Of a stretch of DNA of 46,072 nucleotides, positions 36,956-44,455 are shown piece by piece. Position 1 is the first letter of the stretch. Each line of letters starts with the position of its first letter. A program made the position numbers and the translations under genes. The DNA is taken from the IMG/VR virus record IMGVR_UViG_3300042196_000420, positions 1 through 46,072 of that record; one strand, 5' to 3'. The notes under the pieces were generated by a model, which saw nothing but the letters and a program-made list of their open reading frames with translations, had not been told where the DNA came from and ran no database searches. The stretch is from a virus. Taxonomy: Duplodnaviria > Caudoviricetes.

Positions 36956-37094
36956 TGTGAACCTCCTTCTTTAGTGAGTTGATTAAATCCTTTACGATGC
37001 ATGCGAGTGCACGAAACACCGAGCAGTGGCTCGGCTTATCGGCGTTCATGCAAAACCATGCGCCATGTTTCTTTACCCGGTAGAGACAGAGCAT
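36948..37094 (-). CDS. Possible 48-aa Cys-containing protein (not in ORF track)
   Basis: Starts immediately after upstream stop with GGAGG RBS and overlaps DUF669 start. Confidence 0.4.
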   Translation of the reverse strand: MLCLYRVKKHGAWFCMNADKPSHCSVFRALACIVKDLINSLKKEVHNA

Positions 37095-38063
37095 TTACCC
37101 CTCCTTGGCCTTAGCGGCAAGGGCCGACTCGAATTTGGAGATGATCACCTCGGCGTTTTCTCTTGTAAGGTCATCAAGGCTTTCCGCATCATATGCGGCA
37201 AGCCTCCGCTCTACCTGTTCCGGAGTAAGCCCGAACTGCTCGATGTAGCCCTTGATTTTCGTCTTCTGTTCCTCAGTCGCATACTCGATGGGCTTGGAGA
37301 CCCTGTTGAGGCTTTGCTTGCCGAAAAATTGCTCAAAGACCTGATAAGAGCACTCAAACTCCTCTCTGGGAAGCTTGTTGCTTCTATCCTTGAGACAGGT
37401 GCCCATATGCCTGCCCTTGTCGTCTACATACATACGGACGATGGTGTCGAACATATAGGGCAGGGACTTCTCACCGTCAAAGGTCTCGCCCATGGCCACC
37501 ATAAAGGAGCCTTCCTTGTACTTGGTCTTCTCGCGGGCCGTGACGATGACGTTCATGTCGAGAGCTATCAGCTTCCTTATGAACTCCTTGAACTCGGCCT
37601 TAACGGTCATCCAGTCCTTGGGCTGAAGGTCGTAAAACTCGTATTTGTGACCCTTCGACCCCTTGTTTCTTTTCAAGAAGATGTCGCTCCACTTCTTCTG
37701 GAGGGCGTCCCAGTAAAGCGTGACAGGGTCGATTACGAGCGTCTTGTATGGATGTCGGTTCGTAAGGAGCCAGTCCACGGCGGCCATAATCTCATCCGGC
37801 GTATTGGCCTTAAGCACATCGAATCCGAAAGCGTCGCCGTATAGGTCTGTTCCGCCCTCAAGGTCGATGACAGCCGGTTTTGGGAACTGCAAGCTCAATG
37901 TGCTCTTGCCGACGCCCGAGTCTCCCCAGAGAAAGAGCTTGAGCCGCTTTCCGACTGTTGCGGCCTTTTTGAACGGGGACTGCTCCTTCGTTTTCTTTGA
38001 GAAATCGACATGAACCGATTTCTCTTGCTTCCCTTCTTCCGGTAATTCAACTTCAGTCTTCAT
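37095..38063 (-). CDS. AAA_24 / Sak4-like P-loop recombinase
   Basis: GDSGVGKS, IDLEGG, TLVIDP, MNVIVTARE, KDRS; between exonuclease and SSB. Confidence 0.85.
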   Translation of the reverse strand: MKTEVELPEEGKQEKSVHVDFSKKTKEQSPFKKAATVGKRLKLFLWGDSGVGKSTLSLQFPKPAVIDLEGGTDLYGDAFGFDVLKANTPDEIMAAVDWLLTNRHPYKTLVIDPVTLYWDALQKKWSDIFLKRNKGSKGHKYEFYDLQPKDWMTVKAEFKEFIRKLIALDMNVIVTAREKTKYKEGSFMVAMGETFDGEKSLPYMFDTIVRMYVDDKGRHMGTCLKDRSNKLPREEFECSYQVFEQFFGKQSLNRVSKPIEYATEEQKTKIKGYIEQFGLTPEQVERRLAAYDAESLDDLTRENAEVIISKFESALAAKAKEG

Positions 38064-38072
38064 AAATACCTC

Positions 38073-38846
38073 CTATCGTTTGCATCGTTCGTAATACCCA
38101 CAGAATCTTTGTGAGCAATGCCACCCGCTCGGGTTTGGATAGAAAGCCCCGCTTTGAATCGCCTGAACTACCTTCTCGATTAGAGAGAGAAGCCAGCGGC
38201 AGTTCTCGTTGCTGCGGTAAGTCCGGAGTTGGATGGCCCTGGGCTGTTTGTTTTTGATAATCGCATCCATCCGGATGCCGGTTTCTATCTGCTTCTTTGA
38301 GGCCCTGTAGCCGAGACTGTAGACCGTGAACTGAAGGTCTTTGTCCATCTCGTTCTGGCTTGGGGTCTTACGATAGGCTTTGTTATCCACGATGGTTCCG
38401 TCGGCCTCTATCAAGTCCCAGATGCCCTTAAGCTCATAGGGAAAATCGTCCCCGAGGCTTATCCTGAACTCTTCTTCAACAGCTACCGGCCTGACCCTCG
38501 GGGCGATTATCTTGTGATGCGTGGCAACGATATTGACGCCTTGATCTTTCAGGCTTGCCGGATTTTCGTCTTCCTCAAACTTAACCTCTTCGCTCCCAAA
38601 TGCCTCGTCAAACCGGGCGGCGAAGTATTCCTGCATATCGGAAAGGGGCAGGTCTGCATCAGAGCAAATCTTTTGCCTGTAGTTGTTTTCAAGTGTCTCG
38701 TGCCATACGCGGCTCTGAACCATCGCACCTGAAGGCGGAATCTTCAGGCCCTCCAAATAGCGGAACTCGTACTGTCTCGGGCAGCGAAGGAACATATTCA
38801 ACTGGGTAAAGCTCAAATACCGTTTTTCAGTCTTCTGGTTGTTCAT
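38073..38846 (-). CDS. PD-(D/E)XK exonuclease (AddB/Cas4-like, Cys cluster)
   Basis: LSFTQL..CPRQY; KGIWDLIE..VDNK; QFTVY; C-terminal C-x4-C-x5-C. Confidence 0.88.
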   Translation of the reverse strand: MNNQKTEKRYLSFTQLNMFLRCPRQYEFRYLEGLKIPPSGAMVQSRVWHETLENNYRQKICSDADLPLSDMQEYFAARFDEAFGSEEVKFEEDENPASLKDQGVNIVATHHKIIAPRVRPVAVEEEFRISLGDDFPYELKGIWDLIEADGTIVDNKAYRKTPSQNEMDKDLQFTVYSLGYRASKKQIETGIRMDAIIKNKQPRAIQLRTYRSNENCRWLLSLIEKVVQAIQSGAFYPNPSGWHCSQRFCGYYERCKR

Positions 38847-38982
38847 TTTCTCGTTCCTGATGCCCCTTTCCATTAACATTCAGGTAGTTCACTATTAAGT
38901 CCGCCACGGCATTTATCACCTCGTCCGTCCTCTCAGTAGAGAGTCTCTCGTCATGCCTTTTGATTTCTAATGTTGGAGTCAA
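38827..38982 (-). CDS. Possible 51-aa protein (TTG start, not in ORF track)
   Basis: TTGA overlap with upstream stop; amphipathic helix EVINAVADLIVNYL. Confidence 0.4.
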   Translation of the reverse strand: MTPTLEIKRHDERLSTERTDEVINAVADLIVNYLNVNGKGHQERENEQPED

Positions 38983-39254
38983 CGGAGATCTTTCCTTACT
39001 CTGAGCAAAAACTCTTCTATAGCCGGATGCGGTTTTAGGTTTGCCCCTTTAGCGAGGCCTTCACTGTCGGAAGGATCCTTATCCTCGTCATCAAAGCGCT
39101 TAAGAGTTTTTCGGCGGATTTCATCGAGGTTTCTCATAAGACGCCAGACCATGGAGTCTTCCATTCCATAGAGGGCTACGATGCCGCCGATAACCAGTGC
39201 TTCTTCCTCAAAAAGGCCCTCAATCAAATCTTTTACTTCCGCTTTGCTTATCAC
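38979..39254 (-). CDS. Hypothetical protein, first gene of replication operon (GTG start)
   Basis: AAGGAGG RBS 9 nt upstream of GTG 39254. Confidence 0.65.
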   Translation of the reverse strand: MISKAEVKDLIEGLFEEEALVIGGIVALYGMEDSMVWRLMRNLDEIRRKTLKRFDDEDKDPSDSEGLAKGANLKPHPAIEEFLLRVRKDLR

Positions 39255-39277
39255 CGATACAGTCCTCCTTTCATTTG

Positions 39278-39319
39278 CCCCTAATAAATAAAGGGGGTTA
39301 AAAATCGCCTTTGGGGACA
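39278..39319 (-). promoter_or_regulatory. Motif TGTCCCC-N14-ACCCCCTTTATTTATTAGGGG, candidate phage-sigma promoter, copy 1
   Basis: Second copy with identical spacing and one mismatch at 44333-44374. Confidence 0.7.
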
Positions 39320-39335
39320 AACTTTTTTAAAAAAT

Positions 39336-40091
39336 TCACTTTGCCATCTTTTCGTAGCGTCTAAGAGCGGCTTCAACTCGTTGGCGACGCTTTTTAGTTG
39401 CCTGATAGTTGAGGCCCATTTCCCTTGAATAATCGGCCAGAGACTTGCCGTAAGCGCGAGTTCCTAAAAGGAGAAGTAAATCAGCTTCGCTTATCCGTCC
39501 TTCTTTCATATAATCTTTAAGGCGCTTGATTTCGGCTTCCTTATCCATCTGGAACTCCACATCCTCAAAGCTGGCATCCTCGATACCTCCAACGAGGGAA
39601 TCCATTTCGTCTGAATTCATGGCAAGCTCCGCTTCCTCTTGCGCTGATAAAAGGCGACATTCCTCATAGAGGCGGTGTATCGTATCGTTGAATATCTTCC
39701 GGACAATTCGGTCTTGCCGCCGGGTTACATCGATATTGCAGAGCGTCTTAAGAAATGCCCACATCGTGTTTTGCCAGCGATTCTCAAGGTCAGGGTCCCA
39801 GTCCCGTTTTTTCCAATAAAGGGACTCCAACCCGGGCCAGAACATCACGAGGAGAATCGTTCGCCAGCGAGGGTCTTTATCTTCGTAGTGGGCCTCAAAA
39901 ATAGGCCTGAGAACTTCGTCTTTCTGAGAGCATTCGGATATGCTGTGCATGAATCCAATTACATCCGCCCATGACTGAAAACGCTTAAACAACGGCTCTT
40001 TCACTTGAAGTCTCCACAAGAACACCTGATAGCTCTCATCCTGAATCTCCTTTTCAAGTCTCCTGCGGTCTTGGTTTCTTGATATGCCCAT
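39336..40091 (-). CDS. Sigma-70/ECF-like transcription factor
   Basis: Region-2-like LLVMFWPGL..NTMWAFLKTL; region-4 HTH GKSLADYSREMGLNYQATKKRRQR. Confidence 0.7.
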   Translation of the reverse strand: MGISRNQDRRRLEKEIQDESYQVFLWRLQVKEPLFKRFQSWADVIGFMHSISECSQKDEVLRPIFEAHYEDKDPRWRTILLVMFWPGLESLYWKKRDWDPDLENRWQNTMWAFLKTLCNIDVTRRQDRIVRKIFNDTIHRLYEECRLLSAQEEAELAMNSDEMDSLVGGIEDASFEDVEFQMDKEAEIKRLKDYMKEGRISEADLLLLLGTRAYGKSLADYSREMGLNYQATKKRRQRVEAALRRYEKMAK

Positions 40092-40159
40092 GACGCCCTG
40101 CCTTTCTTGGCCGGGCGTCTGGCACCTCGATATGGCCTGCTTAGGACGTCATGCGCCTC
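40089..40159 (-). promoter_or_regulatory. Translational-operator-like leader: two 16-nt direct repeats, each able to pair with the initiation region
   Basis: GAGGCGCATGACGTCC (40159-40144) and GAGGTGCCAGACGCCC (40128-40113); target AGGGCGTCATG (40099-40089). Confidence 0.65.
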
Positions 40160-40184
40160 TGGGGTTCTTAAAAGTTAATTTCTG

Positions 40185-40394
40185 CTATGCCTTCACAACA
40201 GACGGTTCCGCACTTCCGTGCTTTTCGTTGATTGTTGAGCAATTGCGGCACACTGCAATAACGTTGAAGTTGTCGCCTTCCACAATGTACTGAGCCTGCT
40301 TGTACCGCAAATGCAAGCGCGGGCCCTGCTCAGTTCCAAGCAGAGTGTTGCATTCCTTGCATCTCCATTCCTTTTCCATTTCTACCTTCGCCAT
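40185..40394 (-). CDS. Mu Com-like zinc-ribbon regulator (start may be 40379)
   Basis: EWRCKECNTLLG...AVCRNCSTIN pattern of Com-family proteins. Confidence 0.7.
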   Translation of the reverse strand: MAKVEMEKEWRCKECNTLLGTEQGPRLHLRYKQAQYIVEGDNFNVIAVCRNCSTINEKHGSAEPSVVKA

Positions 40395-40427
40395 CAGCGC
40401 TTAAAATATCTTTTGAGCGGGCTTTTC

Positions 40428-40448
40428 TCTACTGAACAGTTCAGTAGA
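40428..40448. promoter_or_regulatory. Perfect palindrome TCTACTGAAC-A-GTTCAGTAGA, candidate operator
   Basis: 10-bp arms, 1-nt spacer, upstream of com-like gene. Confidence 0.6.
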
Positions 40449-40492
40449 AAATATTCCTCGTTCTTTGCTATGCCTTAAGTTTTCCAAATGGC

Positions 40493-40532
40493 GAAAGAAG
40501 ATGGAGAGAAAAGGCAGAGAAAATCGAGAGAA
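40493..40532 (-). repeat. Four TTCTCTC-like heptamers with exact 11-bp period
   Basis: Plus strand GAAAGAA 40493, GAGAGAA 40504, CAGAGAA 40515, GAGAGAA 40526. Confidence 0.8.
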
Positions 40533-40548
40533 GGAAAAAGCTATTTAT

Positions 40549-41640
40549 TTACTGCTGGTTAGGGATGATTAAACAGTATGTCATGTCCTCTGGTGGGGCA
40601 AACTGGAAGGACTTCATTTTTGGGTCTGTAACCTTGTGCAGTTGAAAAGCACGGTATTTGTAACGGCCAAGTTTGATATCCACTTTACTACGGGCATTTT
40701 CGAAGAGCTTAATCGCCGCATCGCGTGGCCGAGCATTGCCTGTTTTAGTACTATAGGGACGCAGTGCCGTCTTTGATTCGATATACTCGCATATAATCTC
40801 GAACTCGGCGGCGGTAAGCTTCGAGTGGGCCTTGCCCTTGTGCGTGATTTCCTTTGTGAATCCATCGATAAAAATGTCGTAGAACTTCTTTTCTGAAATG
40901 AGCTTTTCATATTGCTTCTTAGTAAGCTGTTTGGCCCCCTCATGCGTCACCGTCCGGCAATGATATTGAGACGCCTTTGCCTTGTTCACTCTCGCCGAGA
41001 GAATGGTCTCCAAATGGGCAATGTCAACAGAAAGTCGTTGCTCTTTCACACTTGTCACGACTCTGATCTCTACCACAACAGGCTTATCGCCCTGCCAGAT
41101 TTCATCTGGTGGTGCTATCCCAGGAACGAAGATGACCGCATATGGAGTGTTAAGCCTGACGGCTTTTTTGAGCACCTGTGGCGCATCAGTCCAAGTAAGT
41201 CCCCTTGCCAGATATAGCTCTCGCGGACTCTCGCCAAGTACTGCCTTTCCGAGGAACCATATACGTCCATGCACAATCTCACCAGATGAGCCGGTCAGAC
41301 TAAGGACTGATGTTATGGAAGATGCAAGGCCGTTAAAATCAATCCCCCATTGTCTTAGTCGTTCAAGAGGCACTCGAACGCGGCCATTTTCAGGACAATG
41401 GATATATGCACGAAGAGACGAGCCGGGAGGGCTTTCAATGAATGTCACTTCCTCCACGTGACCATCGGCACATGCGTCGCAGGAGACAGATAAGGCATTT
41501 TCAACCCGGCGGATAAGCCCGGTTCGGGTGAGGTTATCCTCAATCCCGTCATCCCATGCAATGACTTCATCTGCCGTAAACAACGGCTCCTTTATGTCGG
41601 CTCGCCTCCAGAGCATAGAAAGGTAATCAGACACGCTCAA
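40549..41640 (-). CDS. Hypothetical protein, N-terminal Zn-binding motif and probable C-terminal winged HTH
   Basis: CDAC..H..CPENG; C-terminal KLTAAEFEII..AAIKLFENARSKVD..SFQF resembles OmpR-type wHTH. Confidence 0.55.
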   Translation of the reverse strand: MSVSDYLSMLWRRADIKEPLFTADEVIAWDDGIEDNLTRTGLIRRVENALSVSCDACADGHVEEVTFIESPPGSSLRAYIHCPENGRVRVPLERLRQWGIDFNGLASSITSVLSLTGSSGEIVHGRIWFLGKAVLGESPRELYLARGLTWTDAPQVLKKAVRLNTPYAVIFVPGIAPPDEIWQGDKPVVVEIRVVTSVKEQRLSVDIAHLETILSARVNKAKASQYHCRTVTHEGAKQLTKKQYEKLISEKKFYDIFIDGFTKEITHKGKAHSKLTAAEFEIICEYIESKTALRPYSTKTGNARPRDAAIKLFENARSKVDIKLGRYKYRAFQLHKVTDPKMKSFQFAPPEDMTYCLIIPNQQ

Positions 41641-42799
41641 GCCCCCACTTTTTTAAATACTTTTTGGCTGTCATATGTTCAGTCTTATCCTTGAGATTAC
41701 ATGAATCGGGATAGGATATCCTGAATGATAGGGTCTTGGCCTTGCCGTTTCCGTTAGTATCAAAGCGCATCTGAATGACTGCAGAACTCACGTTGAACAT
41801 AGACAATGGGACGTTCTGCTGATGAAGGGCCTCGGCGATCAGCTCGTGAATCTCCTCCCTTGACCCTCTTGGGTCGACCTCATATGTGATTTTGCGCTTT
41901 GGATTCCCGATGATGGAAAGCCGCAGTTCCTTCACTTTTACCTCTGAGACACGGTCTGCCGGTTCGGTTGGAAAGGCAAAGCTCAGGTTCTTCAAACCAT
42001 TTAGCTCATAGGGAACCGATTTGCGGTTTTCTTCTCCCAACTCCTCATGCAGTATCGCCCGGGCAAATATCTGCTGGAGGTCTTCTTTGATGCTCTTGTC
42101 GCCCTGAGCATAGAGGTCAAGCGTACCATCTACCGGGTCGTATATGAAAATGACCTCAAATGCCGGATTCTGAAGACGCCGCTCAAGTCTGCCATCATCG
42201 GAGTAGCCGATAAATGTGTCCGTATAATCTTGAGGGTAAGCGAATAAGTAGTGATACCGGTCTCCCCGAAGATATTTATCAACTTTACAGTATTTCCCTC
42301 GTCCTTGCTTCTCCCGGTAATATACAGAGATGGCGGCCTCCAGTTCGGCGATTGCCGTCGGTGACAAGTCTGGTTGTTTCTTAGGTAGGGTCTTCCGCTT
42401 GCGCCAGTACCTCTGGCTTAAACGGTCGGTGCGGTACAGGAGATGTGCAACTTCTAAAATCCGAGGGTGCCTCAGGAAAACCCAAAACGTCTTGCTCAAG
42501 AAACCGTCATGAGCCTCCAATTCAGTGGAAAGATCAACATCATGGAAGCGACCTTCCTCAATAAGCGTTCTGATTCCATCTTCAGAAGCCAGATCGTAGA
42601 TATTGCGGAAGTCCCTCTCAACCTCTTCCTGAACCTGAACCGACAACTCTTGCCATGCATCGTAGATGGGATCGACTCCGGTTTCTTCAAGGTTTTCCCA
42701 GTCGACATTTGTAAGCTCTCTATGCTCAACGAAGTATTCATGGAGCATTTCAATCTGTGCCTGACGAAGAAACAGCTTGGGTGCATATTCTTTTGCCAT
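41627..42799 (-). CDS. Hypothetical protein, 390 aa
   Basis: Long ORF, AAGGAGG RBS, overlaps downstream gene by 14 nt; no recognisable motif. Confidence 0.85.
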   Translation of the reverse strand: MAKEYAPKLFLRQAQIEMLHEYFVEHRELTNVDWENLEETGVDPIYDAWQELSVQVQEEVERDFRNIYDLASEDGIRTLIEEGRFHDVDLSTELEAHDGFLSKTFWVFLRHPRILEVAHLLYRTDRLSQRYWRKRKTLPKKQPDLSPTAIAELEAAISVYYREKQGRGKYCKVDKYLRGDRYHYLFAYPQDYTDTFIGYSDDGRLERRLQNPAFEVIFIYDPVDGTLDLYAQGDKSIKEDLQQIFARAILHEELGEENRKSVPYELNGLKNLSFAFPTEPADRVSEVKVKELRLSIIGNPKRKITYEVDPRGSREEIHELIAEALHQQNVPLSMFNVSSAVIQMRFDTNGNGKAKTLSFRISYPDSCNLKDKTEHMTAKKYLKKWGLERV

Positions 42800-42825
42800 C
42801 TGTTACCTCCTTCTTGGGTTTGTGA

Positions 42826-43125
42826 TTATATGCCTGTCAGTTGACGGTTAAACCTCGGCTGATACTTGCCGACCCAATAGCGCTCAAGTTGGCGGGCATC
42901 ATCTGTTCCGATGGTCTGATACCAATCAAAATGCGATACGCTTGGGACATCGGAATTGTTCCAATGCTCCATTAACCGCTCACGAAGCCTTCCCGCGCCA
43001 GCGCTGCCTATATAGACAATTCTCTGGGAAAAGTCTCTGAGAACATATACGCCTGCCACATCCGGGGTCGTGCTAATGTTTCCATGCCCCCACTGCATGA
43101 TTACAGATTTTCGGATGTAATTCAT
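42826..43125 (-). CDS. Stand-alone GIY-YIG nuclease domain protein
   Basis: GVYVL..IVYIGSAG..LRERL..H..LE..QPRFN; AGGAGG RBS before ATG 43125. Confidence 0.85.
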   Translation of the reverse strand: MNYIRKSVIMQWGHGNISTTPDVAGVYVLRDFSQRIVYIGSAGAGRLRERLMEHWNNSDVPSVSHFDWYQTIGTDDARQLERYWVGKYQPRFNRQLTGI

Positions 43126-43211
43126 AAACAAACCTCCTGTCAGTGTTTTTTGTTCAAGCTATTGGTGTTGAAAGTCAACGCAACATCATAGGCAAAAAAA
43201 TATCACCTCCC

Positions 43212-43931
43212 TTAGAAGCTGAGTTTTCCTTGTCCGGTAACTGCATCGGGCGAATCATGTAATTTGCCGCTCTCATCTATATGGAGAAGTTTCAACTGCA
43301 TCAGACGTACTTTAAGAGCACTGATCGTTACGTTGAATTTCTCTGCCAATTGATACAGGTTCGGCCAATGTGTCCGGTCAATCTTCAAGGCTTCTTCTCT
43401 AATCAGTTGTTTAGGCATAGAGAGGGCCGCTGAATATCTGTTTACGGATCTTGCTTCATCAGGGTCGTCAGCCCGTTCGTTGAATTTTCTTAAGAGTTCT
43501 CGTCCGTCAGGGTCTCCCTGAAGCTTTTTTATGATATCAATATCCCCTGAATTTGAACGACGCCGTGCAAATGCGCATTCATCACCGCCAGTAAAGAGAG
43601 AAGGGTTATCCAAGGAAGATTTATCAATGAACAAATCCCAGTGACCCATCTCATGTCCTTTAGTGAAATACTCTAACCCGGGTTTCTCATTAAAGAGTTT
43701 TTGATATTTCTCGTTCAGGACAATAAGACGGCGTTTAGGTATAAGGCCTCCAAGGATTTGTTCTCCCGGTAACTCTTCTATTGAATCCCACAGAAAATCC
43801 AATCCAAGAACTTTCTCTGCAAGGATATCAATCGGGATAGGAGGGGAGAGTGGTTTCCCAAGCTCCTTCTCTAACTCACGAAGACGAGCTTCGGCTATTT
43901 CTTCGATTTCGTGGTTGCGATAAAACTTCAA
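43212..43931 (-). CDS. ImmA/IrrE-family metallopeptidase (anti-repressor)
   Basis: PPIPID, GHEMGHW (HExxH), NRYSAALSMP, LAEKFNVT..RL. Confidence 0.92.
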   Translation of the reverse strand: MKFYRNHEIEEIAEARLRELEKELGKPLSPPIPIDILAEKVLGLDFLWDSIEELPGEQILGGLIPKRRLIVLNEKYQKLFNEKPGLEYFTKGHEMGHWDLFIDKSSLDNPSLFTGGDECAFARRRSNSGDIDIIKKLQGDPDGRELLRKFNERADDPDEARSVNRYSAALSMPKQLIREEALKIDRTHWPNLYQLAEKFNVTISALKVRLMQLKLLHIDESGKLHDSPDAVTGQGKLSF

Positions 43932-44284
43932 TGCTTCCCTTTCTTGAGTCTAAGTTCCTGTAACAATCGTTTCCAATCATCTTCGCTTAAATTCATATCA
44001 CTTGCAGACCTGTAGAACATGCGCGCCCCCTCGCTCGACTTTAATGTATCTCCTAAATCCTGAGGCACTTTACCGGCAAGGGCAAGAAGCTCATCTGTAT
44101 TAGCATCGAGTTCCTTTGCAAGCTTTTCAATGGCATCGGCTGAAGGCGGGGGCATCTTTTTATTTTCTATCTTGCTAAGATAAGTAAAGTCCAATTTTAC
44201 CCGGTCAGCGAGTTCACGCTGAGACAGGTTTTTGGCTTTTCGGAGTTCCCGTAATCTCTGCCCAAAAGTCGTTTCTTTCGTCAT
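43928..44284 (-). CDS. XRE-family HTH repressor (ImmR-like), start 44284
   Basis: FGQRLRELRKAKNLSQRELA..TYLSKIEN; ATGA-coupled to ImmA. Confidence 0.92.
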   Translation of the reverse strand: MTKETTFGQRLRELRKAKNLSQRELADRVKLDFTYLSKIENKKMPPPSADAIEKLAKELDANTDELLALAGKVPQDLGDTLKSSEGARMFYRSASDMNLSEDDWKRLLQELRLKKGKH

Positions 44285-44291
44285 AAAAAAT

Positions 44292-44322
44292 AGAATATCA
44301 GAATGTTGACTTAAAGTCAACA
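44292..44322 (-). promoter_or_regulatory. Repressor promoter TTGACT-17-TATTCT (extended -10) overlapped by palindrome TGTTGACTT-A-AAGTCAACA
   Basis: -35 at 44320-44315, -10 at 44297-44292, ATG 7 nt later with no SD; perfect 9-bp IR at 44304-44322. Confidence 0.72.
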
Positions 44323-44332
44323 CGAATTATTG

Positions 44333-44374
44333 TGTCCCCGTATCTCTCAAAATACCCCCTTTATTTAATAGGGG
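44333..44374 (+). promoter_or_regulatory. Motif TGTCCCC-N14-ACCCCCTTTATTTAATAGGGG, candidate phage-sigma promoter, copy 2
   Basis: Matches 39278-39319; oriented toward integrase. Confidence 0.7.
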
Positions 44375-44399
44375 ACTTTTGCGGAGTTCTCCAGAAAGC

Positions 44400-44419
44400 T
44401 CGCTTTGAGCTTGACTTTA
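44400..44419 (+). repeat. 20-bp element TCGCTTTGAGCTTGACTTTA, copy 2 (contains TTGACT of a possible TTGACT-17-TAGGGT promoter)
   Basis: Exact inverted copy at 26643-26662. Confidence 0.9.
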
Positions 44420-44455
44420 ATGCGACCCCGATGTAGGGTGTCAGTGAGGCAATTT

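Noticed and set aside
38073-38846. Cas4-like nuclease as sign of CRISPR-Cas
   Set aside because: No repeat-spacer array or other cas genes; context is an exonuclease-recombinase-SSB module
40428-40448. Palindrome as LexA/SOS box
   Set aside because: Spacing fits neither CTGT-N8-ACAG nor GAAC-N4-GTTC; kept only as an unassigned operator
42826-43125. GIY-YIG as intron-encoded homing endonuclease
   Set aside because: Only 99 aa, no DNA-binding extension, not interrupting a gene, no intron structure seen
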